Source: Mayamaea pseudoterrestris
Lineage: Eukaryota
DNA: 64,000 bases
Direction of reading: 5' to 3'
NCBI GenBank assembly: GCA_027923505.1
Contig: BROI01000005.1
Coordinates: forward strand, 248,001 to 312,000
In this document: piece by piece, positions 10,427 to 20,981 of the stretch
How positions within the stretch are numbered: position 1 is the stretch's first letter
Layout of the letters: every line of letters begins with the position of its first letter
Translations under genes and position numbers: made by a program
Notes under the pieces: model-generated
What the model was told of the DNA's origin: nothing
Database searches by the model: none
The model's input: only the letters and a program-made list of their open reading frames with translations

Positions 10427-11102
10427 AGATATAATGTGAAGGTAGGATCGATGAAAGATCCGTTTATTGGCAAGACAATTGTGCGACGATGATCAACAAG
10501 TAGTTTTGTCGGCACCTCGTGCCTGTGATGCTTGAACTGCAGCAACGACGAGAGAGCCCGGGTGACGTGAGTTTCGCGCCAAAAAATTGCACGACCGACT
10601 GTCAATCGGGTTGATGAAACACCATAAGCGAGCTACACTACCTGTACCTGTACTAAGAATAAAAGATGTATAGCAGACATTCTGATAGTGGAGTGCTGTT
10701 ACTCTTGCTATTATTTTTGTAATCGACCTTTTCACTGTATAGCTGGAGCATAATATGCAGACACGACAAGCCGCCCAGTAATCGGATCGAACAGGTCGCG
10801 TAATGGTGTGCCAACGGTGCAGACAAGTTTGTCATTGCTATGCCGACCGTCCATCAAACAAGCGACCCTGCGGTGGAAAAGCTATTCGTCTGCGTTACTG
10901 ACCTGTTGGTGTTGGGGTCCAACAGCGCGCAGCGCGCCCGTTACTCCCGTGTAAAACATCGTCGCCGAAACAATCCATGCAATCCCCTCGCTGTCCATCC
11001 GGATGGTACTTGATATAGCGGGACATTGTGCACCCGTTGCAGCAAGCCGCAAACAATTCCAAACTTTGTGATCTCTTTATCAAGTTTTTTGTCGCAGCCA
11101 TG

Positions 11103-12866
11103 CTACTTTAACTTTAGCTCAATCATTTCGTCTCGATTATTTGCGGCCGGAATGAAGGATGCATCTATTACCCATTCATTCTTTGACAAGACAGCAACAA
11201 GTACACTTTCATTCGCCGTGGAGAGCACAATGATTGGAGCATTGGATTGTTCATGAAGAGGCACTCCTTGTCCGCGTAAAAACGCGGCGAGGCGAATCGG
11301 ACTGGGACGCCAAGTTGGCGTCACTGTGAGTTTCGGATGATGCTTGACTGACGAAAGTGTAAATAGAGGTTGAAGAGATAGCAGCGTCGAAGGAACTTTG
11401 ATTCGTAAGCATGTCGAGAAATCGTTGGGCGAATAATCATCTAGTTGCCGATGCCAAGTCAGTATCGTGTCATTTGTGAATTTGGATGGCTTTACCAAAT
11501 ACGCAGGCTCCGCTTTCGTTTTAAGCGCCATGACGTTTCCGCGTCGCATTAAATCCCACCCTCCACCAATATTGATGGTCCATTGTTTGTTGTCGGGATA
11601 AGCCATTAGCTGCGCACATAAACGTTCCATTGACGCCGAGTCCAGCGAGCATTGACCCTTTGACTGTTTTCGCACCCAAAGAAACAGTGCATGCTTATGA
11701 ACAATGTCAAGTTGACCTTGTGGCGGCAAGACAAAGTACTTCGTCTTAACGTCGCCACACTGTTTCAAATATTCATGCGCGCGCATCATCAAATACTCGT
11801 TCACTTCGTCACTCTGCTGCGACAAGTTATCCAGTTTCTGCTGCAGCACGCTCGCTCCGCCCACCAAGTCTTCCAGCAACGGCACCAACTCGTGGCGCAC
11901 GCGGTTGCGAAGATACTTGGGTGACTCGTTGGAATCATCGTCGCGCCAATGAAAATGATTGGCGCGTAGATAGGCAACGAGTTGCGCCTTGGTTACATGC
12001 AGCAGTGGGCGGCCGGTGTAGACAATATCATCACCATCGTAGTCTCCAGGCAGTTGCGATATAACCGGCATGCCTTGGAGATTTGTCAAGTGTGTTCCGC
12101 GGAGAAACTTGAGTAACAGCGTCTCGTTGGAGTCATTTTGGTGATGGGCCGTTAACACCATACCATTAACAGCATCATTACGTTGGTCACGCTCCTGCTG
12201 CAACAAACGTCTCAACAGCTCCCGCATGGTGCATTGTCGCCACGAGCGTGCCGTCGCTTGCGTAAATGTGGCGTCGCGGCGCTGCATATCGTCATTCCAG
12301 TAGTAGCAAGTCAAGGGGACACTGTACGCGGCGCAGAGACTTTGCACCAGTTCGCGGTCCTGGTCGCTGCTGGCGCCACGCTGCTGGTGATCAAAGTGAA
12401 CCACATGTAGATGCATATTCTGTGTATTGGTTTCATTAGTCTTGTCGCAATTTAGTAAACGACGCATGAGATGAAAGAGGGCGACCGAATCGCATCCTCC
12501 GCTGACGCCAAGCAGAAAGATGCAATGTTGCTGCTTGCCGCTGAGTAGCGATGAGGAGATACGTGGCAATATTTCTTTCGCTAATGTATCATGAAAGGAT
12601 TTCTCCACACTGCAAATTATAGCATTCTCGTTGATAGCGTTGAAAGTGATTGCTCGCGAGCAGCAGTGTCGTCGAAATGGTGCGACCGAGATGAATGATT
12701 GCGCGAACGGACGATGCCCCAACTGCGCTTGGCGTTGCAGCAAGCGCAGAGAGGAGGGCCTTGCCCACGTTCCCATGAAACCAAGAGCTCGTTTACGCAT
12801 GAGACTACTCAACGTGGCGACAATGAGCAGCCTCATGTTTCGCAATAACCAGCATGGTGTCTGCAA
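11103..12866 (-). CDS. tilS: tRNA(Ile)-lysidine synthase TilS, organelle-targeted
   Basis: PP-loop GVSGGCDSVAL, HFDHQQR, LTAHHQNDSNETLLL, RPLL, DDSNESPKYLRNRVRHELVP; N-terminal extension with ALG-F. The start may be the second Met (MRLLIV). Confidence 0.9.
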   Translation of the reverse strand: MQTPCWLLRNMRLLIVATLSSLMRKRALGFMGTWARPSSLRLLQRQAQLGHRPFAQSFISVAPFRRHCCSRAITFNAINENAIICSVEKSFHDTLAKEILPRISSSLLSGKQQHCIFLLGVSGGCDSVALFHLMRRLLNCDKTNETNTQNMHLHVVHFDHQQRGASSDQDRELVQSLCAAYSVPLTCYYWNDDMQRRDATFTQATARSWRQCTMRELLRRLLQQERDQRNDAVNGMVLTAHHQNDSNETLLLKFLRGTHLTNLQGMPVISQLPGDYDGDDIVYTGRPLLHVTKAQLVAYLRANHFHWRDDDSNESPKYLRNRVRHELVPLLEDLVGGASVLQQKLDNLSQQSDEVNEYLMMRAHEYLKQCGDVKTKYFVLPPQGQLDIVHKHALFLWVRKQSKGQCSLDSASMERLCAQLMAYPDNKQWTINIGGGWDLMRRGNVMALKTKAEPAYLVKPSKFTNDTILTWHRQLDDYSPNDFSTCLRIKVPSTLLSLQPLFTLSSVKHHPKLTVTPTWRPSPIRLAAFLRGQGVPLHEQSNAPIIVLSTANESVLVAVLSKNEWVIDASFIPAANNRDEMIELKLK

Positions 12867-14304
12867 CTTTCGTTCCGTCGAAATTTAAATGTCGCAACGG
12901 TACACAATCAAATGCCGCGGACGGCGACGGATCGCCCTTTGATCACGCGGGAGTCTCCATTATATCGCTGCCAACACCGCCCGGATCATCTCGTCAAGCA
13001 ATCTTACAAACATCGTCTATCAATTTTGTACGCGTTCACTCATATTGCTCCAGGCCAAGGCTACCTGCCAGCTTGGAGACGTACTTGCCGGACGAAGTTA
13101 CCACTGATCAAGCTGGCATGAATGGACCATGCGGCCATGGCGACGCAATGGCTAAACGCTGGAAAGATCAGATTTTATATTTGAAAAGTGAAAGCGCGTT
13201 TACTTAAGGTCGACAAGCTACAAGTAACATGACGTTTCATCTGAGCAACCCGTTCCATCATTGGCGACCCTCACTGGTCATTGTTGGTGGCCTACTTTCC
13301 GCTACAAACCTTGCAAACGCATCCCTATCACCACCGATTCATGTTACAAATGAGAAATGGTTTTTCAATTGGCTACTTGGTCGATGCAATCTTCCATTTG
13401 AATACAAAGATTGTCAAATCATGAAAAAAAGCATCATGCAATGCACATTGTGTTCATGAAGCAGTCATTGCCGGCGCGACACTTCCCAACGCGCGTCTGC
13501 AAAAGGAGTGAAAGCATTATAATAAATGTTTTTTGACGCGATACATCGTTCTCAAAGCCACACAAGAGAGCGACACTTTCCGAGCATGCAATTCCTCTAT
13601 TTGTCTTTTAAAGCAGTATCGCCTAGCGGAATCTGTCGTATCTGCTTTGCGCCTCAAGGAGCAAAGTAGCCTCTCGAATTGACCAAAGGCTTTCGACTGA
13701 CGATTATGAATATGCAAACGCGCTTGCATGATCAGATGTGCATGCGCCCAAGCCGGGCTCAGTTTTCTCATCATTGCTCGCAAATGCAAAGTCTTTGCTT
13801 GTGACAAATTAGTAAATCGCTAGAAAGTGGTCAGTATGGAATTGCTCGGCATCTCTGACATCAGATGCGACACGCTATAATGTTCTGACGGTGACTCATG
13901 CTCCTACCATACTATGCTCTATATTCGGTCCTTCGTGTCACCCGGAGTTCAAGGATCAGCATCAGCGCATATAATACAAGACCAAACCTTTGCGTCTCGA
14001 GATACGAGTTTGTTGTTCCTCATGTAGTCTATAAGTACGAAGAGGAGAACTTTCTCTGAGCTTAAAACTTGGGCGACGTAGGTTTCGTAGAGTCGCAGCT
14101 CCGGCATGTTGGACCGCAATCTATGACGAGTGACTTTGTATGTGCAGTCTACCGGTCAGCGCCACAATCGTACAAATACAGCTAATCAAATTATTGTATA
14201 CTAAGAGTCTTGCCGCTACTCATCTTACTTGGTGACTGGGCCCCAGTCGATTCAAGTAAAGCGACTTCAACTATTGTTTGCCCAGTATGCGTCACGCGCG
14301 TCCG

Positions 14305-15219
14305 TCACGCAACATCTCCATCGAATCCCAAATCTTCTTCTCCGTCATCACGCGCAGCCTCTTCATTGCCTCTAGCCACGGCTATAGCCACACTCTGCAT
14401 CGCCGCAACAATTAAAAGACGCGATACGCATGCTTCCAACTGAGGGAGTCGTGTCTTATCCGTCGCGATGTGCTGCGTGTAAACTATTACCAATTGTAAA
14501 AACCGCCGGAGAATTGAAGTGTTAGAGTATAACTCAATTCTCGCAAGCAATTCGCCAGGTTGTTCATAGTGCATCATTATAATGTCGCTGCCAGTCTCCA
14601 GCAAAAAATCCACAACTCCGAGAGAGACCAGCTGCTCAAAATACCATTGTTGCCAGTCACTTAATGCATGCGGCTGACCTTCAACATTCACCGCATCACC
14701 CAAAAAGCAAAACAAAAAACGGAAAAAGTTTTGTATCAAATCTAAAGGGCGAGCTTGAACCGAGTTGAAAAGATTGCCGAGCACCGTCGTGATAAATATA
14801 TGGTCAAAGTCATCGCCAGGATCAAGGAGTTCGAACTTGATCCGCAACTGATCTATAATCACGCCAAGGATAAAAACATTGTCGGCGTAGTATAACGCGA
14901 AGTCATTTAGCTCCTGCATGTATTCGTGGATGTGGCGTTCAAACAAGGTGATATTTCGAATGCGCTGTTTCACATCAGTTTCCAAGATGCCTTGGTAGTC
15001 TCCCAGGATGATATTGACCAGATTGTCATCCTCAAAGACGCGATTTAGGCAAAGATTGACAATGCGAACCTGCTGGACAGGATTGATTCGATTGTCGATG
15101 AGCGTGGAGCTGCCACTCCAGTCGCTGCTGCAGTGAATCGTGCGTTTCGCCGCCGCCGCTGATGGAACGCCGTCAGCAGAATCTCCGTCAATCGCCTTGC
15201 GCTTGACAGAAGAGCTCAT
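14305..15219 (-). CDS. Hypothetical protein (304 aa, basic N-terminal NLS-like motif, predicted helical)
   Basis: Uninterrupted ATG-initiated ORF with protein-like composition; no recognisable family motif. Confidence 0.6.
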   Translation of the reverse strand: MSSSVKRKAIDGDSADGVPSAAAAKRTIHCSSDWSGSSTLIDNRINPVQQVRIVNLCLNRVFEDDNLVNIILGDYQGILETDVKQRIRNITLFERHIHEYMQELNDFALYYADNVFILGVIIDQLRIKFELLDPGDDFDHIFITTVLGNLFNSVQARPLDLIQNFFRFLFCFLGDAVNVEGQPHALSDWQQWYFEQLVSLGVVDFLLETGSDIIMMHYEQPGELLARIELYSNTSILRRFLQLVIVYTQHIATDKTRLPQLEACVSRLLIVAAMQSVAIAVARGNEEAARDDGEEDLGFDGDVA

Positions 15220-15433
15220 TATCTAAATAAAGTAGCTGAACGACAGATAGTATATGAGGCTTTCCAGCTTAATAGGCAGAGGCGCAGCGCTGCATTTGTG
15301 TGACTTCCCGAAAACCGCAGCGTGAGCTCGACGTTGGATAGGTTTTGAAGGATGGTCGCATCGGTTTTAAATGCATCGTACCGGTACTCGAAAATGAATT
15401 TGACAGCCTCACTTTTTCTTTCCATTGTCCATC

Positions 15434-16978
15434 ATGGTGACGATGACAGTCATTGCACGTACAGCCTATCGATCGATAGGAAGACGAAGCTTTGCTACTA
15501 ACCTCTATGCTGTTGGAGAAGGTTGGACTGGAGCTCTCGGAACCGGTCGGTTTGATCAAATCATTGTCGGGCATGAGGACAACGACGATGACGAGTTTGA
15601 ATCGAATGGAAGCGACCAAAACATGCCGGTCAAACTGCTACTAACTGAATCAACAGGAGCAGAAAATCCAAATTTTACTTCCGTTGCAGTGGGATGGGGC
15701 CATACAGCCTTCATATCCAACGACAAGCTATACGTGACAGGTCGACCGCACGATTTTTCCAACCTGTTGCGCCTTCGACGGCTTCCCCGATTTCTGCGCG
15801 ACTACTCGGTACGACGGAGCGCTCAAACGGCAGGAAGTCGCCAACACGAGGATGATCAAAATGGAAACATTGATCCAACGTCACTGGTTGGTCGGTTTGT
15901 CAATTACATGAGTGACAACTTTCTCAACAACGACTGGGACGCTGCCAGGGAACAATCCATCTTGGCCGTTCCAACGCTTGTCAATCTTCCCGACAATGAA
16001 GTGCCAGTCTCGGTCGAATGCTCGGCTGGAGTGACTGCTGTTTTGACAAAAAGCGGAGCTGTCTATACGTTTGGATTGAACTCGTACGGCCAGTGCGGCA
16101 TTGGCATTGGCAGCAACAATGTTTGGCAACCCACGCGCGTCGTTGGATTGTCGGCCGACTACTCGTCGGGACCACGAAATGAAATGCCACAGTCATTTCC
16201 CATCAAGAGTGTCAAGTTGGGCTTGCAGCATGCGCTTTGTTTGAATAGTGAAGGAGAGTTGTTTGCCTTTGGCAAGGGCGATCGAGGACAACTTGGACGC
16301 GAACCAGTTGTCAGTGAGCAGCTTTGGGCGGCGCCAGTCACAAAGTCCATGGGGCTACCTGAAGGTGAGGATATAGACATCTCCTCTATCTCGTCAGCTT
16401 CTGATACTCCTGCAATCATGAAACCTATCTTTCAAAAGTTGAAGCCAATACAACAAATTGGTGCAGGTCTGTTGCACTCTGCGGCTCTCGATATCAATAA
16501 TGACGTTTTCATTTGGGGCAAGAACATTTTGCCGAAACAATATGCATTCGACAAGCCAGGTGCTTTGGCAGCCGACGCAAGACTACCCTATCGACTATCT
16601 GGCTTGCCAGCGCATCTGCAAGTACTCGCACTGAGTTGCGGGTCGCACCACACGGCCGTGCTGGTGGAGGATGGCAGTGTTTGGGCCGTGGGCGTTTCCT
16701 CGGATACGCGTGAACCAATGCATGAGCCAGTCATGATGGTGCCGCCCGGACTCGTCGAAATGCCCGTCCAGCAGTTTGAGTGTCATATGGATCGTACCAC
16801 TATCGTTGGCGCAGATGGTCAGCAGGTGCTGCAAGTGCACCTTTGGAAAGATCCAGAACTACAGGAGTATGCCATTTTTACGCCTACATGGGTGGACCGA
16901 CTATTGGAGAGTAACGCAACGACGAAGATACGCAGCGTGCATCGGAGTTGGATACATACGGTCATTGCTACTGATTAA
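15434..16978 (+). CDS. RCC1-repeat beta-propeller protein, probably mitochondrial (RCC1L-like)
   Basis: Repeats VAVGWGHTAF, VYTFGLNSYGQCG, LFAFGKGDRGQLG, IGAGLLHSA, LSCGSHHTAVL; Arg-rich presequence ending RRSF. Confidence 0.85.
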   Translation: MVTMTVIARTAYRSIGRRSFATNLYAVGEGWTGALGTGRFDQIIVGHEDNDDDEFESNGSDQNMPVKLLLTESTGAENPNFTSVAVGWGHTAFISNDKLYVTGRPHDFSNLLRLRRLPRFLRDYSVRRSAQTAGSRQHEDDQNGNIDPTSLVGRFVNYMSDNFLNNDWDAAREQSILAVPTLVNLPDNEVPVSVECSAGVTAVLTKSGAVYTFGLNSYGQCGIGIGSNNVWQPTRVVGLSADYSSGPRNEMPQSFPIKSVKLGLQHALCLNSEGELFAFGKGDRGQLGREPVVSEQLWAAPVTKSMGLPEGEDIDISSISSASDTPAIMKPIFQKLKPIQQIGAGLLHSAALDINNDVFIWGKNILPKQYAFDKPGALAADARLPYRLSGLPAHLQVLALSCGSHHTAVLVEDGSVWAVGVSSDTREPMHEPVMMVPPGLVEMPVQQFECHMDRTTIVGADGQQVLQVHLWKDPELQEYAIFTPTWVDRLLESNATTKIRSVHRSWIHTVIATD

Positions 16979-17712
16979 TACGGCCTCGTGAAAAAAAGGA
17001 ATTGGTCAGGGTTTAAATGCAACGTAAATACAGATGATTATGGGCAAAGTCGATGAAGTGTGAGGCATAAGTGACAGTGATGGTACGAATGCTGAAGCAT
17101 TCATCTTCGACTGCCAGCGATTGCTCGAAGAGCAGCCATCGAGTGGAAAGATGCAGCGCTCGCTCCACGCATAGCGCATGTACCGGTACATCCGCCACGC
17201 CAGCGCCATGTGTATGGAGAGCGAATCATTGCAGCGTCAACGACGCTTGGGTTTCCTTGGTGTTAACTATCTACCAGTATTCGTCGTTGATTACCTAGCG
17301 AGAAATGATGCTGGCTCCTTCTGTATGCTTGGCTGGAGCAATCATGACTCCCTAGTTGGAAAATCAATTAATGTGAACGTACGTCGATAATCAAGTCAGT
17401 GGTAATGTGGCCAAATGATTTGCTCTTTCGCAAGCCGACAATGCCTGGTCGACGCACATTTGGCAATATAAGTTCATAGTACTGGCACGAACAGAACAAC
17501 ATTATACCAAGGAATGGCACAATGTTATAGCAAGAAAACAAGGATTTAAATAACTCGACTAGCAAGTCGGAAGGAAATGCCCAATGTAGTTCTAATGACT
17601 GTTAATTCAATGCTACTAGCCGCTGCCATCTACTCCTCGCCATCTAACGAGCGTTGGGCGTCACCAAAGAAGAACTGCTATTTGAAATTCAAATCTATCG
17701 ATCCAACCTAAA

Positions 17713-18693
17713 CTATACAATCTCTATGACAGCTCCAAGCTCTTCCAACTTCGCCTTAATTTCGTCCGCTTGCTCCTGCTTGATCTGCTTCAGAACAATC
17801 TTGGGCGCCCCTTCCACCATTTCCTTGGCTTCCTTTAATCCCAAACCTGCAATAGCTCGTACCTCTTTAATGACCTTAATCTTGGCTTTATCGTCAAACG
17901 AAACAAGCTTGACGTCAAAGGCCGTCTTGGCCGGTGCCGCCACGTTACTCTCATCGTCATCGTCCGCACCTCCAGCGCCACCCTCGCCATCGTCCGGACT
18001 GAGCATGCCGTCGTGGAAACCATAGTGGTGCGCAATCTTGTTGACGAGCTCGTTCATCTCCAGCAAAGTCAGATTGACCATTTCCTCCGCCAGCTCCTGA
18101 ATGTACGCCGGTGCATCATCTCCCAATGGAGGTGCCGGCTGCACGGCAGCTTCAAAGGCTTCGTCCGACTCGAAATCTTCCCGAAATATCTTGTTCATTT
18201 CTTCGTTATTGTGATGCAGCGGATTTTGCCATAGTGGGCGATCGGGATCAGTGATCCCAGCCTTGTGCTTTGCCGCGTCGCGCGCCAATTCGGGAGTCGA
18301 ATATTCAACTGCTTGTTGCGAGTTTGCTTCCGCTGCTGCTGGTGCTTCTGCAGATGGAATTTCCTCCTTAGATGTACTCTGCTTTGCAGATGAATTGTGA
18401 AATGATCGAAATGATCCGTGCATCGGCGGCGAGTAGGCTGTTGTGGAGCAGCTCGGCGATAGTGACAATCCAAGGTAAGCTCTCGCGGGCAGCAGCTTTG
18501 GCGCATTGCTTGTATTATAACATCTATTAGGTAAGACGTTTCCAGCAGCAGAAAAGCATCGAACATTAGACTTCGTTAGAATGCTTTGCACTGACTGAGC
18601 AGCATGAATTTCATCGGCGTTTCTATGGAGCAGCAAAATTCGATGCCGTATCCTCGAGACAGCTGATGATCGTACTCGACATGAGCTCAACAT
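17713..18693 (-). CDS. MRPL12: Ribosomal protein L7/L12 (bL12), mitochondrial type, with long N-terminal extension
   Basis: 'LTLLEMNELV' dimerisation helix and C-terminal KTAFDVKL..KIKVIKEVRAIAGLGLKEAKEMVEGAPK..LEELGA; Arg/Ser-rich presequence. Confidence 0.9.
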   Translation of the reverse strand: MLSSCRVRSSAVSRIRHRILLLHRNADEIHAAQSVQSILTKSNVRCFSAAGNVLPNRCYNTSNAPKLLPARAYLGLSLSPSCSTTAYSPPMHGSFRSFHNSSAKQSTSKEEIPSAEAPAAAEANSQQAVEYSTPELARDAAKHKAGITDPDRPLWQNPLHHNNEEMNKIFREDFESDEAFEAAVQPAPPLGDDAPAYIQELAEEMVNLTLLEMNELVNKIAHHYGFHDGMLSPDDGEGGAGGADDDDESNVAAPAKTAFDVKLVSFDDKAKIKVIKEVRAIAGLGLKEAKEMVEGAPKIVLKQIKQEQADEIKAKLEELGAVIEIV

Positions 18694-19350
18694 AATAAGA
18701 CAGTAAATGGTTAAGGAGGACAGTAGCTCAACATTCGAGGTGGTGGTTCATGGTGGGATGTGGGATGGCAGAAACGGATGATGGAACGAGTTGTGCGGCT
18801 GTCGTCGATTCGGATTAACGCTAACTCAAGCAGCGACAACTAAGGTTATAATCCCAAGCTCATAGCTACCTGGCGATTGCCAATCAAATCATGCAAGCCC
18901 TTAAGTTCATACTTGTATTGCATCGAATCTATGATCACACTTTTCTCTTAATTTGTTTCTTTCAGCTGAAGCTGAGGATTACACTAAATTGTCATCTTGC
19001 TGCTGTGCAAGCAATGTTAAGTGCATTGTTTGCAACAACCCGGCAAGAAAGGGTGCAACTAAGTATACATTCAAACAACTAGTGTAATTTTGAAACAAAG
19101 TGATCAGCCAACTATGAGATTATTATACTTTTGGAGAGCACTGAAGCCAAAGTTGGCGTGTACTGTACTTAGCTGACTGGTATCTTCTTGTCGCGATGCG
19201 ACAGTCAGATCACTCGTCCAACGGACATGGTGCGGCTGTTGATGGCGCTGCGCATGAAAACCAAAAAGGCGCGGCGCACCAATATTGCGACGAGAGCCTA
19301 CACCCCGCTTTATCTTGCTTCCTTCTTGCCTTCACTCCAGCTGTCAAATC

Positions 19351-20673
19351 ATGGTAGAAGGACGATCGCGGCAGATTCAAACTTTTCGTTCGGTAGAACA
19401 ACTCTTGCAGGTCGGTCGCCAAGCAGAGAATGAGAATGATGCTGGACGCAACGATACTAGTGCGGAAATGAACGGCGTAATCGCTGCAGCGAGCGATCCA
19501 AGCGGGCCGACTATTCCGCCCGGCTCTTCTGCCGCATTCAGTAATAATAGCTTTGGATCGGAGATTTCAACTGCCGACGCTTCCGTTGATACGCGTACCC
19601 GCGCCATTTCCGTCGAGTCTACCATCGAGCAAGGACGCGCCGACTCCACTGCGACTCACTCTGCCGGCACAGTCTCCGCCATTATTCGGGCAAAATATGA
19701 GATTTATTCCATCCTGGTTCCATGTGGCCATTTTTGCCTCACATCCAAGGCGCAGGAGCTGCTTTCTACCTCTAAAGGATCATGCCCATTCTGCAAGATC
19801 GCTATTACCAGCAGCAATCAACTCTTTCTCGGAAACTTATGCCCTATTTGTCAGCAAAGCATGTCATCAAGCACTTGCAGCTCGGCTCTCATTCCTTGTG
19901 GTCACACGATTCACGACGATTGCCTCAAGGACCTGCTTGTCGCAGCAGGGGATGCTCGCTTTGCGAAATGTCCTTGCTGTACGAAAAATATAATGAAAAG
20001 CAACCAAATCCAATCAGTCCAAGATCGCCCAACCTTGGCATCGATAGCAACTAATCTGGTAGGGCGGCTTATTCAGTCAAAAAAGCTTGCGGAAGTGGCC
20101 ATTGCGTGTGCGAATGTCGAACGCTTTTTAAAATTACTAGATTCTAAGGATTGGCGACTGTATAATGCGGCAATTCAAGGACTGACATACATCATGATAC
20201 CAATCTTTGAAACGTTGGAAACATTTAAGAACAATGCCAGGATTCAACGCACCCTACTTGTACTCTTGAGCTTTCTGCTGTTTAACTGTGAAAAAAACAA
20301 GCTTGCTCTAGTTGAAGGCAATGGTATTCCTGCGCTTTTCGCCGCTCTAGATTCCGCAGATCTGAAGATAAAATCACATATATATAACATCTTTGGCCTA
20401 CTGCTCACGCTGGGTGCGGCTGTTTCGAAAGCGTTTGTTGACATGGGTGGCATCAACCGCATCGCAACTCTCATGCGGGAAAATTCTACTAATGCCCATC
20501 TACAAAGCAATGGATGCCTCATTTTTCGTCGCCTGGCCTCGGAAGCGACGTATCATGATCAGATATTGAAGGAAGGCGCTATGTCTCTTTTATCCAAGGC
20601 GTACGAAACTCACCGCGGCCACTCTAAGATTGGGCACGATGTCAAAAGATTCATGGTTGCCATTTTGAAGTAG
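19351..20673 (+). CDS. Double-RING plus armadillo-like repeat protein (putative E3 ligase)
   Basis: Degenerate RING (PCGHFCL..CPFCK), then RING-H2 (CPIC..PCGHTIHDDC..CPCC), then ARM-like helices (NKLALVEGNGIPALF, AFVDMGGINRIA, ILKEGAMSLL). Start codon uncertain. Confidence 0.75.
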   Translation: MVEGRSRQIQTFRSVEQLLQVGRQAENENDAGRNDTSAEMNGVIAAASDPSGPTIPPGSSAAFSNNSFGSEISTADASVDTRTRAISVESTIEQGRADSTATHSAGTVSAIIRAKYEIYSILVPCGHFCLTSKAQELLSTSKGSCPFCKIAITSSNQLFLGNLCPICQQSMSSSTCSSALIPCGHTIHDDCLKDLLVAAGDARFAKCPCCTKNIMKSNQIQSVQDRPTLASIATNLVGRLIQSKKLAEVAIACANVERFLKLLDSKDWRLYNAAIQGLTYIMIPIFETLETFKNNARIQRTLLVLLSFLLFNCEKNKLALVEGNGIPALFAALDSADLKIKSHIYNIFGLLLTLGAAVSKAFVDMGGINRIATLMRENSTNAHLQSNGCLIFRRLASEATYHDQILKEGAMSLLSKAYETHRGHSKIGHDVKRFMVAILK

Positions 20674-20781
20674 ACGCTGATCTAGTAGGTCAAGGTCAAT
20701 ATGGAGAGCCTTCATACTAATAGTTTTTGTGTTATACGTGTCTATCAATTGTATAGCTCTCCCTAACAGTCTCACCGATAC

Positions 20782-20797
20782 TGCATGACGTCATGCA
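20782..20797. promoter_or_regulatory. Perfect 16-bp palindrome TGCATGACGTCATGCA with CRE/bZIP core
   Basis: Intergenic, about 185 bp upstream of the TPM-RING start. TGACGT is the bZIP/aureochrome-type core; function is inferred. Confidence 0.4.
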
Positions 20798-20981
20798 TGT
20801 CACGTCTTGGCGCGCCTGCGCGGTTGGGATTCTGCGGCAATCCATGGCAACGCGACGAGGCTGAATGGTTCGTTGTGCGAAGCGAAGTGCCAAGTATATC
20901 ATACTAGCATAGAGTGTTCTCCTCCGTGTCTGCCTGCATGATACTGTAGCGCGACCAAGCCGCAGTAATTTACACACGAAA

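Noticed and set aside
10572..10583. E2F-like site TTTCGCGCCAAA
   Set aside because: Single short match upstream of a plastid phosphatase gene, with no supporting context.
12854..14300. Possible transposon remnant in the gene-free interval
   Set aside because: No terminal repeats, or transposase or RT motifs, recognised.
17006..17565. Short ORFs between the RCC1-like and L7/L12 genes
   Set aside because: All under 80 aa, no motifs, no consistent splice chain found.
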